Below are positions 12,549 to 25,436 of a DNA stretch of 64,000 nucleotides, piece after piece. The DNA lies in the NCBI GenBank assembly GCA_964016885.1, contig OZ024743.1, forward strand, positions 161,138,001-161,202,000. The letters are read 5' to 3'. The notes below the pieces were generated by a model. The model did no database searches, was not told the origin of the DNA, and saw only the letters and a list, made by a program, of their open reading frames with translations. Position 1 is the stretch's first letter, and the number at the start of each line of letters is the position of its first letter. The DNA is from Eledone cirrhosa (taxonomy: Eukaryota). A program made the translations under genes and the position numbers.

Positions 12549-13239
12549 AATTATTACAAGGGTCTATCAAATAATTGCCAGTCAAGTACTGGGGTCTATA
12601 TAATCGAGCAAAAAGAAATTGTGACGATGTGCTTATGTTAAAAATCACTACTACATGGAATGTTCTGACTCCACCACACCACCGCCACCGTCACTAAAGT
12701 AATAATAATAACAATCAATATGTTGATTTTAGCTGAAAATGTTTATGCAATATATGAATACTTTGGGGTAGCTAATTAATTTGCACCAATTAAATGTTAC
12801 AGAATTATTTTGTTTGTTTATTAAACTGGATATCTTAATAATCAATATCCGATATCGATCATTGTATAAATAGCCTGTCGGTATTTGAATGTTACACACA
12901 CCACACGTACTATGCACGTATGTACACAGACACTCACAGAATACTAATATTTCTAGTTAGACAAAATTGAAAGCAAAATATCATCACAATGAAAATATGA
13001 AAAATTCCCGAAGCTGTTTACTTTACAAAAGCTGATTTCCTTTATTTCTTCTCACTTGCGAATACTTCTTTATACTCTGGCATTAAATCAAATCAGTTCG
13101 AATCTTAACCACATATTTAAAAAAAAAAAGAATTTTTGAAGTGATAATAAACAGACGTTATTGTTCGGAAAGTGTTACAAGTAAACGAATTCAAATACAT
13201 CCATACGAAGACTTGAGATGCTCTAATACTAAATAAGTG

Positions 13240-13414
13240 TTACTATTTTAGGCACAAGGCCAGCAATTACCCAGTACATTACTGGTACTTTATTTTATCG
13301 ACCCCGTAAGGATGAAAGGCAAAGTTAACCTCGGCGGGATTTGAACTCAGATCATAAAGGGACGTAACTCTAAGCTTCAAAGCATGGTGTCCGACTCTCT
13401 ACCGATACTGCCAA
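13240..13414 (-). mobile_element. SINE family A (near-identical to 4147 and 31574 copies)
   Basis: TTTAGGCACAAGGCCAGCAATTACCCAGT..CCGATACTGCCAA. Confidence 0.9.
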
Positions 13415-13479
13415 ATGATTTCTTAAATATCCAGAAAGTCACAAATTCGAGAAGAGGGAGTATAGTCAATTAAATCCAC

Positions 13480-13720
13480 TCCGAATTTTGACAGAAATGT
13501 ATCGACCTCACCAGAATACGAAGGCAAAAGTCGATCCGGTACATGGTCAGAAGTTTGGGGTAACTTGACACCAATATATTACTGATATTTTATAGAACTC
13601 GCAAAGATTAAAGGCAAAGCCAACTCTGGTAGGATTTTAATTCAGAACTTAAAAGGACATAATGAAATACCACAAGACATTTTATCAGATTCTCTTCCAA
13701 TTCTGCTAGGCATCGCCCTT
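13480..13720 (-). mobile_element. Older decayed family A SINE copies
   Basis: AAAGGCAAAG..GGATTTTAATTCAGAAC similarity. Confidence 0.5.
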
Positions 13721-15318
13721 TCTAGCGATGAATTATAAATGCATCATATATTTAAACGTATAGCTATCATATTACCATCTTTCTTTTCTTTTTCAGTTAC
13801 TGGTTTCAATCATTGAAGTACAATTGTATCAACCTCAGTACATTGCAAGCTTAACGGTTAAGAACATAATTCAATTAGACATTAATACCTCTGTTTGGCT
13901 ATGTCGGTTCTTACCACACGCTGATGATATACCATATAGGTACCAGATCGTGTGAGAATGTTACTTGTTATTTTGATCCAGGATAGTCATGGTCAAACAT
14001 GATCAAAATCATTTTAGATGTAACCATGCGGTCTTTTACATCATAGTTTATATCGGACTACATTATCCTATAAGTTCTTCCTTAATGTTGGCAGATTGTG
14101 ATGTGGGAGAAATTTGATTGCTATAACTAGCAGATCGAGTGACTTTATAGAAGTTCAATTTTTGGCATGTAATATACCTGTAATAGAACAGTTCCCTTAC
14201 AAATATATTTGTCTCACAGAAACTTAGCACTGTAAAGACCAGAGTAAATTACAGATCCAATGAGCCTCATCCGTCCATGTAACATGCAGCATAAACGCGT
14301 TCTGCAGAGAAGTATTGTCGGCTCAATGAATCTCTGTATATTACTGGTATCTATTTTAGATATATAAATTTCAACCCAATAATGATTCTGGCCACATCTA
14401 AACTAACAGCACCGACTAATAAAAGGCGAACATTCTCTTATCTGGAATTGAACGCAGAGTGAACCCAGAAATGATGGCCCCTACAGAGATTTAAAATTAA
14501 GAACACTCCAGAATTAATTATACTAGCAGAAAAAACACACTTCGGGTGGTTTTCTGCTAGCATGTGTAGTGTGCATATTGATATTATATGCAAATATATA
14601 TGCATGTAGATATGATACGTCAAGTGAAATCGTAATTGACAATATGCACAGAAATTGAAGAGGAACCGTGTTACACTCTCTTCTGTAATCAGTAAAAAAT
14701 CCCTGTTACATTTAAAAAAGACGATATTATATATAAACTGCATTACGGAAAAATGTTATGAAAATGAAAAAGGAGAAAATTAGCAACGGAAATATTAACA
14801 TTATATAACTATGCAAATATATGAACGTTTATATAAGCGATAAGATATAGCGTACGGGCGCTAACCGGAAGAGTAGATATTTGGACAATTTTAAAGAAGT
14901 GAATCTTAAAATAAGCAATACATTATATATAAGAATATTTATGTTTAATCAACAGCTACGAAACTTAGTAGATAAATTACATAATATTCATTCATTATTT
15001 ATTCAAAGTAATCCAACTTATTTTAATAACATGTTCAGGAAAAATATCCCTGCCACAGTCTCGCAGTTCTCCAATATATAAGATACTGTAAAACCGTTAT
15101 TGGTGTGTATTGTTGTATCAGTCACTCGTGGGGGTTTTGTTCCGGTTGCAATTAAAATGGCTGAAATGATATACATAAGATTATATTTGAATAGATTTAA
15201 TGTATCAGAGAGCTCAATTATTTGAGTGTAGAAAACAACATCACATTTTTATATAAAGGAATGATAAATGCATTAAACTAATATTTAACGTTAATAAAAA
15301 AGAAATATTGCTGCAAAA

Positions 15319-15320
<2 letters not shown>

Positions 15321-15409
<89 letters not shown>
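15321..15409. repeat. (TC)n microsatellite
   Basis: Directly visible. Confidence 0.98.
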
Positions 15410-15412
<3 letters not shown>

Positions 15413-18400
15413 GAAAAACATCCAGGAGATTCCAGAGGTAATAGACCTCGATGGCAGCAACCACCTCACCGTAATTGTGGAGGGTAGAAGACCAAGGTGC
15501 GTCGTTTGTGAAGGTGAAACCCACCTGAAGGCCTTCTGCTATTAGGGGATGGCCAAAAAGATTAAGGCCACTTCTCCTGCCTACTCCACTGGCTTAACCA
15601 GCAAAAACAGCAGCAGCAACGGCAGCAGCAACGGCAGCAGCAACGGTAGCAAGACCACCACCACCAACTCCCACCACGCCAGAGGTGGCACTAGCGCCAC
15701 CACCATCCACCAAACCACAAGCAACACCAATACCTATGGAGGACATTCCACTACTCGACCTCTCACAACTGGAGACGGATTATGACGAGGAGGAGGGGTG
15801 GAAAACTGTCTCTAAAAAAACCCCTCTTCCTTCACCCACAAAAAGAATAAAGGGCGAAACAAATAAACAAAAAAACAAGAAAGTTAAGACAGCGACGCCA
15901 CCACCTCCACCCACACCAGCATCACCAGCCCCATCGCCACAAACACTAACACAATCATCATCATCATCAACCTGAACACCACCACCACCAACACCACAAA
16001 AATCACCAACAACAACCGAAACAGAAACAAACTCACACACGCAACCACAACAAACGCAAACACAACAAATCGACTAAGCCGAAACACACTACACGGATCA
16101 TAAATTCGTGATCTGTGTGGTCGACTTAGATAGGCTTCATAGATAGGAACTCGGCTACTGGAAGCTAAACGCGTCGCTGACAACGCGCAAAGCCTACAAA
16201 GACCGGATTAGCGAACTAGTTAAGCGGGCGTTGACAGGGGCAGTCGTTAACAAAATATGGTGGTTCGCCCTGAAAAGGGCGTTTAGAATAGAATCTATTA
16301 GTAAGGCAGTAGAGAAAAATAGAGCAGAGGAAGAACTATTGATAAAGCTAAACGAGGCGCTTAGTAAAGGCATCGCGACCGACGTGTTTGCGGCGAGATT
16401 GGCGATCGACCAATTCTTTAACGCAAAGCACGAAGGTTGCGTTGTCAGAACTAGTGCGCGTGCTATCAGATACGAGGGAATGAAAGCCGTTCGATGGGCC
16501 TGAGTGGCGGAGGCGCAGCGTGGCAGGAAAGCCACGATCCGGTCTTTGGAGAACCACAACGGGCGTATGTTACTTGAACACGGGGAAATGTGTACGGCTT
16601 TTCAGCGACACTTCGCTCAGCTGTTTGGGGGCAGCAGCGGGCCGCATCGCGGGATGGAATTTAACGCCTACCTCGACGGACTGCTGTGGCTCTCGGCCAC
16701 TGAGGCGGAGTGTTGCGAAAGGCCGATAACAGCCGTTGAAATACAGGTAGCAATGACTGAATGCACGATGGGTAAATCGCCTGATTTGGATCGTCTGCCC
16801 TACGAGATTTGCGTACACATGCCAGACATGTTCGCGTACCTCTTGGTGACCGTCTACTGCAACTGGCAGCAGAACGGGAGAATTTCCAGCTCTGTGAACA
16901 GAGGAGCGGTGACGCTGCTGAGAAAGGATCTGAACAAGGGGGATAACATAGATAATTTCAGGCCCATAACTCTGCGTTTAGCAGAGTTCAAGATTTTTGG
17001 CTAAGGTGTTAGCAAAGCGGTTGGCGCTTATCGTCAGTGGTCTGGTGGGAGAGGCGCAGACATGCGTCATTCCAGACAGATCCATCCACGACAACCTCCA
17101 CCTCATGCAATACATCGTGGAGAGGGTAGCTTGTGAACCTGGCACTGGTGGGCCCTTAAACAATTTAGATCAGTCAAAAGCTTCCGATAGGGTAGACCAT
17201 CATTATCTGGCGGCAGTCCTGAGGACGGCCAGCTTTGGGTCCGTCTTTAGATGCTGGATCGCTGCCATGCACAGCGACATCTGCGCTGTGGTGAGAGTGA
17301 ACTGTCACCTTTCGTAACCGTTCAACATCATGCGTTCGGTCCGCCATGGATGTCTTCTCTCGTCCCTGTTGTACGTATTGACTCTCGAGCCATTACTGCA
17401 CAAATTGGAGACGTTGAGGGGAGTCCCGGGTGAACTGGGATGCGGGAGAACCGTGTCAGTATACGTCGATGATGTCACCGTAGTGGTGTCGAACGCCAAA
17501 CATATCGAGGCAATCGGCACTACAATAAGAGAATGCGAGGCGGTGACAGGAGCAATATTTAAGCAGGAAAAGTCAGTGGGCCTGCGGTTCGGCACCTGGA
17601 GAGGCAGGTCCATGCCGTCGAACAGCGTCGACGGCATGGACCTGCCGTCTCACCCAGAAATGGACAGAGAGTAGGGCAATGTGATCGGTGGAAACTCCAC
17701 CTTGGTGTTCTATAGAGGATTAATGGAGAGGAAGAGCGACAACCTCTTGGGGTAACTCTAGGTGTCGACAAAGGCCAACTAGCCAATCTCTTCGGGAGGA
17801 CTTTCGTTCTAGGGCCAATGGATAACTTCCAGAAGTCTCTGGCCTGGCAGTGTTACCGGGGAGCTTTGCCAGTTCGAGATAAACTTTACAGGCATGGAAG
17901 TGCCGTCAGCCGAGCCTGTCCGAGATGCGCGTCGGGCGACGAGACCATCCTGCATGCACTCGTCCAGTGTCCAAGCATCGCTGACTTGTGAGTTTATGTC
18001 GAACATCTGCTGTTGCATGTAGGACGGATCTGGCTATCAGCTGAGTCTATCGTGAAGATTGCCCCGCCGCCCTCCTTTAACCAGGAGGGGTAGGCAGTTT
18101 TCATCTGTCTGATGGCCATAGTAAAAAGGTCGTATGGTGGACGCGTTTGAAAGGGTTGAAGAGTGGCACTTTCCTCTTTGGTGACGCCCTCATTTACTTT
18201 TTCAGGTTTCACCTGAAAAGGAAAATCAGGGTGGAGAGGGAAGTACAGCCTTCCAGCCAGTTTGTTGAAAGGTGGGTGAGAGAGGCAAGAATGGCCTGTG
18301 TGAATGGGCCTGCCCTGAGCGTGTGAATGGGCCTGCCCTGAGCATCGTAGAAGGAAAAGTGGAAGAGGGCGCTTGCCCTAGCGGTCAGGGTGACCGTGGC

Positions 18401-18608
18401 TTTATGTGGGCTTTCTCCACGAGTGACCCTCGAAAGTCTCCTTCCTATCGGGGATTTTTTCCTTTGTTTTCATTCTTTTCTTACATCCTTTGTTTTGTTT
18501 TTTATATATTTAATTTTGTTTTTTTACACGCAGAAATGTCCATTTGTAACGTACCGTGCTGTCGTTAATGTTATACTTTATGTCAACCCTTGTGGTTAAT
18601 AAAGAAAG
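15410..18608 (+). mobile_element. 5'-truncated L1/Tx1 element with multiple internal deletions
   Basis: ORF1 end VIVEGRRPRCVVCEGETHLKAFC (CCHC). Jump to the endonuclease end TDHK and YWKLNASL. RT motifs NFRPITL, DQSKASDRVDH, SVRHGCLLS, YVDDVT. Zinc finger CPRC..DETILHALVQC. 3' TGTGGTTAATAAAGAAA. Confidence 0.92.
16090..18350 (+). pseudogene. Tx1 ORF2 (RT) with stops, frameshifts and deletions
   Basis: ORFs 16231-16503, 16504-17004, 16997-17317 and 17330-17674 are consecutive RT pieces. Confidence 0.9.
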
Positions 18609-19029
18609 CATTATTATTACCATCATATTTTTATTATTATTTTTGTTGTTGCTGTTGTTGTTGTTGTTATTATTACCTATATTATCCATGACAAACAAGA
18701 ACTAAAGAAGAACTAAATACATATTGGACAGGTATAGAAGTAAATTGAAAAGGAAATAGTACTAGAATTAAAAGAAAAAATCACTCACACGATTGACTAT
18801 TAGTGTTTAGAATGAACTCACCCGACACATTAGGACACTCAAGGAAATAAAATTGCTTTATTCACCGGACACATTCTCTCTGTGTATGTGTACATGTTGC
18901 CCTAGAATCACACCATTTTGGCGGAGACAATACGCGAAAGTAAAATCAGAAGGTCTAAAACACTGTCTATTAAACACGCAATGAAAACTTCTTAGAAGTA
19001 TAAATCTCTTATTATTTACTCTGCAAGTA

Positions 19030-19116
19030 GAGCAGTGGATTGGCAGTATCGGTAGAGGGCCGGACAACATGCTTTGCAGCATAGAGTTACGGTCCTTTAT
19101 GATCAGAGTTCAAATT
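19030..19116 (+). mobile_element. SINE family A head only
   Basis: GTGGATTGGCAGTATCGGTAGAGGG..GAGTTCAAAT. Confidence 0.75.
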
Positions 19117-19996
19117 TTTACTTTAAATTTGTTTCCACTGCAAGAAATATCAACTCATTTTTAGTATGTTAGCAAATGATAAGTAAATAACTCTTTAGGT
19201 TTTTTTTCTCTTCATTTATTAAATGAATGTAAGCTGAGTGTTAAGCTCCATTCCCTGCTATAGTTGATTTTATTCAGTTGTGGTAAAACATTGTCCACCG
19301 TGCCATGTTTTGGGGTGGTTTTTTTCACGTACTTATACTTTTTGACTGATTGTTGAGAATTATGTAAATATTCATCTTATCGCGCTTAGAATAAAGCTTT
19401 TGTACAAAGCCAGTTATAAATATGCTCAAACCTGTTATAATAAATTGCGCGAAGAACTTAGCAGTGGAACTAGTTTTTACGTCTTATTGTTTGGAAAGTA
19501 TACTGAAATTAAAAAAAAAACGAATGTGCTAAAATATAAGCAAAAGGATCAGTGTTGCAAACGAATAGAATTTTAGTGTCGTGGCGTGATTATGACGTCA
19601 TTCTCGCAACATGCTAACTAAGGGAGCGAATATATCTTATCTGACTTGCATCGATTGAACCGAAATTTGAAAAGGCTCTCTATCTAAAAAGAGTTATGAT
19701 GGCTGCGATTCTTTATTATTTTAAATAGCTTAGCGGAGTAAATCCGAAAATAAGGTAGGCCATTTACTTAAAGGGATCATGGGATTGTTCATCAAAACAA
19801 TAACCCCAACCTTAAACCAAGTGTGAATATAGCCCACCTATATATGTAATAAACAATCATGTATAAATTTACATTATAATAGCTATTGAGTCCCGCCTCT
19901 TTCACTAAATCTGAACACACACACACACTCACGCACACTCACACATACACCCCCCCCCCCACCCACACACACATATATATATATATCAAGGATTTA

Positions 19997-20035
<39 letters not shown>

Positions 20036-20038
<3 letters not shown>

Positions 20039-21112
20039 GGAAAGAACAAAGAAACGTAGGAGTCAATTGTACATAGTTGAATTAGGTTCACGATTGGTGG
20101 GAGTGGAGGAGGTTTCAACGTTTCGGACTTAAGTCCTTGGTCAGGAAAGTTGAAAGGAACTCCGAGGGAGAGTAAGGAGGGTTGTAAGGAGGGAAGTTAT
20201 CAAGTAAGAACCCGAAAAGAAAAACAGAATTTTAAAAAAGTGAAAATAAAAAGGAGGGAGAAGGGGTGGGGGGAGCAAGAAAATCAGTGTCAGGGCGTGG
20301 ATGGCAGAAGGGAAGGTGTGTGTGTATGTGTAGATGTGAGTATGAGAATCTGGAAGGAAGCGAGTATATGTGAATGTAGTTGGTGGAGTATATATCTGTG
20401 CGTGTATAGTTCCTGTATGAGTGTTGGTGTGTATGTGTGTGTGTGGATGGAGGGGGCCAGATGGGATGAGAATGTCTCAAATCCGGAGCCGGTGTGGAGT
20501 GAAGTGTGAGTGTTTGTGTCGATGTACGTGTGTGTGTATTTGTGTGATTGAAAAGAAGTGAATATCTGATATGTCTATGGCTGATGTGAGTTAGTGTATG
20601 GTGCGTAGTTACGTGTGTTCGGAAATGGTGCAAATGTCGGTGTGTGTCTATGTTTCTGTATGGGTGTTGCTGTGTGTCGGCGGTGCATGTCTGATGTCGG
20701 AAAATCGTGCGTCGCTTGGCCTTCAATCAGGCATCCAGGGTTACGGGGCGCGCAATCAAGCCACAGACGGTCAGGATGCGAGCGGAATGCCCGGCTGAAC
20801 TGAAGTGTCGGGCGATGGGAGAATACGAGCCGAGACGGATGTCGCGGAGGTGTTCGACGAACTGGTTGGCCAAACTGCGTCCCGTCTGTCCGACATCGGA
20901 CGCACCACACTCCGTGCAGTGGAGTCCATAGACAAGTCTGGAGGAGGTGCAGCGAAAGGAATGCCGGACAAGGAGGAAGTGGCCATTCGGTCTCTGGAAG
21001 GTAATGGTGTTGGTGATGTGGGGGCATGTGTAGCAGTGGGGTCGGAAGCAGGGAAGGGATCCGGGGGAGGAATGGGGGTCGGGGGGTAGGAAGCTACGGA
21101 CGCGGAGATTGC
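20036..21112 (-). mobile_element. 5'-truncated Penelope-like element (GIY-YIG end plus 3' region)
   Basis: PFPC..CYTC..FRCTSSRLVYGLHCTECGASDVGQTGRSLANQFVEHLRDIR. Homologous to 54690-55130. Ends in (TA)n. Confidence 0.88.
20113..20148 (-). ncRNA. Minimal type I hammerhead, core mutated (CUGACCA)
   Basis: TTTC CTGACCA A GGAC TTAA GTCC GAAAC GTT GAAA. Confidence 0.6.
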
Positions 21113-21490
21113 TTCTAATTTGAATGGAAAGATATTGGTGATGTGTTGGTGTAATGGTAGTACAGTGGTCTGGATAACCAAAGATATGGGTTCGACTCCC
21201 ATGTACGTCAATACTCACCTTTTTCCATTTCTTAGAGAGTTCTAAACCTCACTATCAGACTAAAATTTCTTTTGTAAAAAATACGGCGTTCAAACTCGCT
21301 CGCTGTTTCAAAACATACTTACTTGTCATCATACTTGCTAAGAATGTAACTTCTAATTTGAATGATATGTTGGTGAAATGGTAGCACAGGGGTCTGGATA
21401 ACAAAAGATGTGGGTTCGACTCCTATGTACGTCAATATATATCGTTTTCCATTTCTGAGACCCCACTATCAGGCTAAAATTTATTTAGTC
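21113..21490 (+). mobile_element. Tandem pair of tRNA-like-headed repeat units
   Basis: Cloverleaf-like sequences at 21140-21210 and 21364-21434, each preceded by CTTCTAATTTGAATG and followed by TTTTCCATTTCT..CACTATCAG. Confidence 0.75.
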
Positions 21491-21717
21491 ACATATATAT
21501 GTATGTATATTATATATATATAGAGAGAGAGAATTGAATTAGTAATGTTTTTACTTAAGAAAATAATCTAAGAACAGAGTGTAGAAGCCCTTAGAACGGA
21601 AAAAATGGGTATTTGCGAAGTTACTAATTCAATTCAATTTTCAAATTCCACCGCCGGCTACTAATATATAAGTATACATAATATATAAGTATATATATGT
21701 GCGTGTGTGTGTGTGTG

Positions 21718-21780
<63 letters not shown>

Positions 21781-22835
21781 CTATGGAGGAATATAGAAAT
21801 GGGGACGTTAATGTATCAATAAATCCGATTTGCACAAATAGTGCTTCGCTGACAGCTTGTTCAGTTAATTTATTGTTGATAAAATGATTTGTTTAGAAAA
21901 AAATCATTTGTTGCAGTTATTTCGTGTATTCCATTGCACATTACAATGACGGCTACAAAAACTTGTAATGCTTGATATGATATATCCAAATCCACATACA
22001 CAGGCAAACACATACAATCACTCACACAAACACACACAAACACACACACAAATAAACACACGCAAACACACACACACACACATGTATATATGTAGCAATA
22101 TCCGTAAATATGAAAAAGAAAAAAGGAAAAGAGTGCTCAATCGGGAAGAGAGCAGAGATATATTATTTATTTATACGGAACAAAGGCCCTACCCAAGGTC
22201 TTAAGGCTCAAATTTGACTATACCCCCAGAAAAGAAGAGGCATTAAATTAGTGGCCTTTCTTCAGGCGCTAATATACATTCAATTGTACTTTATTCTTAA
22301 TTCTTGATACGGTTTAGGTATATAACCTCTTAAACAACTGCTAGTTTAGGTATGGAACGAAACCGAAGACAATCTAATATACAGAACATATCCACCACTT
22401 ATATTATTCGTAAGACAATTAACTCATAAATAAATACTTAAGACACACTTTTTTACAGTTCACAGCACAGCGAAGCGACAATTGTATTTCTTCACTGGAA
22501 TTGTGAATTTAAGTACCACCATACACATTTTTCTCTAATTTATAAATAAAGACGTTTCGCAATGATTTAAGATGTTGAAAACGTTAACAATATATTATAA
22601 AAGGCAGTCGCGAAGCACTCAATGATGCGTGACATTGATACATTTTCACCCACAGTGAACACAAAAGTTATTGAAGTGTGACATTAAGAATAAGACGACT
22701 CGAAGCATGTTGCCTCAGTAATACAACATCGATATACAAATAGGTCGAACACTAACCTGGACCATCTAGAGTGGACATGAATCGATAAAAATCGATAATA
22801 TATATATGTAACCATAAACACTGAGTTAGAGACTT

Positions 22836-22872
<37 letters not shown>

Positions 22873-23212
22873 ATTAATTACTGTGATATTTATCCGTAAG
22901 AATTGTGTTGTGAAGTCTCGTTGATAAACAGATATAAACAGATAAAAGCACTCCACGTCAATTGTATCTATCCAACATAAAGGTGGCGATCAATAGAGAA
23001 GAGCGTTAAGTCATGAAACAAATATTTAGTCCGGACTTTCACAAAACATGGTAGCTCTAGCCTCAACGTTCCAACCCGCTCATATAATTGTCTTAACATA
23101 TGATGACGTCACACCGGTGCCGGTTGTTGTTGGCATGATTGGATAACAACTCCAGGTTGGTGTCACAGAAATACGTATATTAAATATGATTAATTAACTT
23201 GTCATAACGTTC

Positions 23213-23262
<50 letters not shown>

Positions 23263-23786
23263 GGCCGACCGTTGAGGAAATAACATCACATGACCGCCCC
23301 CCCCCCCCCCCCTGTATCAAGAAAAGTAAACCTTTTCCAAATTTAGAAGGTTTTTTGTAATAATATTCATTGTTTTATAAGTCTGAGCAGCTCAGGCTTT
23401 CATAACTGATAGTCGTCAGCGAAATGAACATTACGGATTTTAATAAACCCAAACCAAATGAATATGGCCTCGTCTGTTTTATTGATATATATATATATAC
23501 ATATTTATATATGTGTATATGTATTTACATATATATACATATATATGTATGTTCTAATTAAAACGCTATTTGTCTCTAACACTTAGACATATCAATAAAT
23601 GAAGAAAATATAGAGATATACAGATAACATATCACTCAGAGAAGTAATTTAACATATTAAACGCATGCGGTTTCGGTGACGAAATGGTCTGTATACTTTA
23701 TGATCAATATCTCTTCTTGTTCCAAAGAATTCTCCCTTGACGACAGAATAAGTTATTCCAATATTGGTTGTTCCAATGATTTGAAA

Positions 23787-24603
23787 TCTATATATTAATT
23801 TCAACAATGTCAGTATTCCGTGTGTCCTAATTCTCGATTATCATTGGTTCATAGGTTTCAAACGACTCCGCCCACCTCAACGACGCCAAACTTAAATTAA
23901 TATGCATAATGCCAATGAGGAAGTGAGAGGGGAGAGTAAGAAACAGAGAGGCAAAGTGAACGCTGTGTTGTGTACACTATGTATATGTGTCAGTGTAGAG
24001 ACATGTGTGATGTGTGTGGAAATAAGAGGGGAAGGAAAGCAATAACTATTAACATGTGTGCGTGTGTATGTACGTGCGCGTATGTTTATGTGTGTGTGCG
24101 TGCGTGCAGCGTTCCACAGAAAGTAAAAACTATCAACATGTGTGAGTGTGAGCGTGTGTGTAAGTGCACGGGTGTGTGTGTAAGTTTGCGTGCGTGTGCG
24201 CGTTTCCATGCGTGTATGTGTGTGTACGTGTGGCGTTCCACAATCGCCACGCAGTTTATCTGTCTGTATGCCTGTCTGTCAGTCTAACATACACAGAGTT
24301 GTGAAGGGAGTAAATAGGGACCTTTTTTTACATTGACGGACATCTTTTATATTTATTATTGTTGACAATTGCTCGAAATGAATACTGATACTAAAAGCAA
24401 TTCGACTTTATCAAACAGTGAACTACAGCGGCGACGACGTGCAGCCAGGAATGAAGAAAAACGGGCCGAACAGCGCCATCGGAACGCCGAACTTCAGAGG
24501 CGAAGACGTGCCGCCGAGAAAAACATCCAATACAGTCATTTTGTCTTTTACCTGTCTTCTCTTATCATCTGTTTACCCGGGCGAAGCTGGGTACGTCAGC
24601 TAG
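23787..24603 (+). mobile_element. Non-autonomous Helitron (internal deletion derivative), first unit of a head-to-tail tandem
   Basis: A|TC start. Subterminal hairpin TACCCGGGCGAAGCTGGGTA. CTAG end. 5' part matches 24604 onward and 3' part matches ~31117-31203. Confidence 0.9.
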
Positions 24604-25436
24604 TCTATATATTAATTTCAACAATGTCAGTATTCTGTGTGTCATAATTCTCGATTATCATTGGTTCATAGGTTTCAAACGACTCCGCCCACCTCAGCGA
24701 CGCCAAACTGAAATTAATATGCATAATGCCAATGAGGGAGTGAGAGGGGAGAGTGTGAACACTGTGTTCAATAACTATTAACATGTGTGCGGGTGTATGT
24801 ACGTGTGCGTATGTTTAGGTGTGTGTGGGTGCACGCAGCGTTCCACAGAAAGTAAAAACTATCAACATATGTGAATGTGTGCGTGTGTAACTTTGCGTGC
24901 ATCTGCGCGTTTCCATGCGTGTATGTGTGTGGCGTTCCACAATCGCCACGCAGTTTATCTGTCTGTGTGCCTGTCTGTCAGTCTAACATACACAGAGTTG
25001 TGAAGTGAGTAAATAGGGACCTTTCTTTACATTGATGGACATCTTTTATATTTATTTTTGTGTCATTTTTTATACACTATGTATATGTGTCAGTGTAGAG
25101 ACATGTGTGTGTGTGATGTGTGTGGAAATAAGAGGGGAAGGAAAGCAATAACTATTAACATGTGTGCGTGTGTATGTACGTGTGCGTATGTTTATGTGTG
25201 TGTGCGTGCGTGCAGCGTTCCACAGAAAGTAAAAACTATCAACATGTGTGAGTGTGTGCGTGTGTAAGTTTGCGTGCGTGTGCGCGTTTCCATGCGTGTA
25301 TTTGCGTGGCGTTCCACAATCTCCACGCAGTTTATCTGTCTGTGTGTCTGTCTGTCAGTCTAATATACACAGAGTTGTGAAGGGAGTAAATAGGGACCTT
25401 TCTTTACATTGACGGACATCTTTTATATTTATTATT

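Noticed and set aside
14200-14760. Possible host exon in unique-looking sequence
   Set aside because: Frames tested contain stops; no convincing splice pair or recognisable protein.
15321-15410. (TC)n target specificity of the second Tx1 copy
   Set aside because: Only the truncated 5' end abuts (TC)n. The 3' flank is (TTA)-rich and no TSD is visible.
21140-21210. Functional tRNA-Ser(GGA) gene
   Set aside because: No long variable arm, pyrimidine at position 37, weak acceptor stem, embedded in a repeat; treated as tRNA-like only.
23660-23722. Minus-strand degenerate hammerhead
   Set aside because: Core and stems too degraded to support a call.
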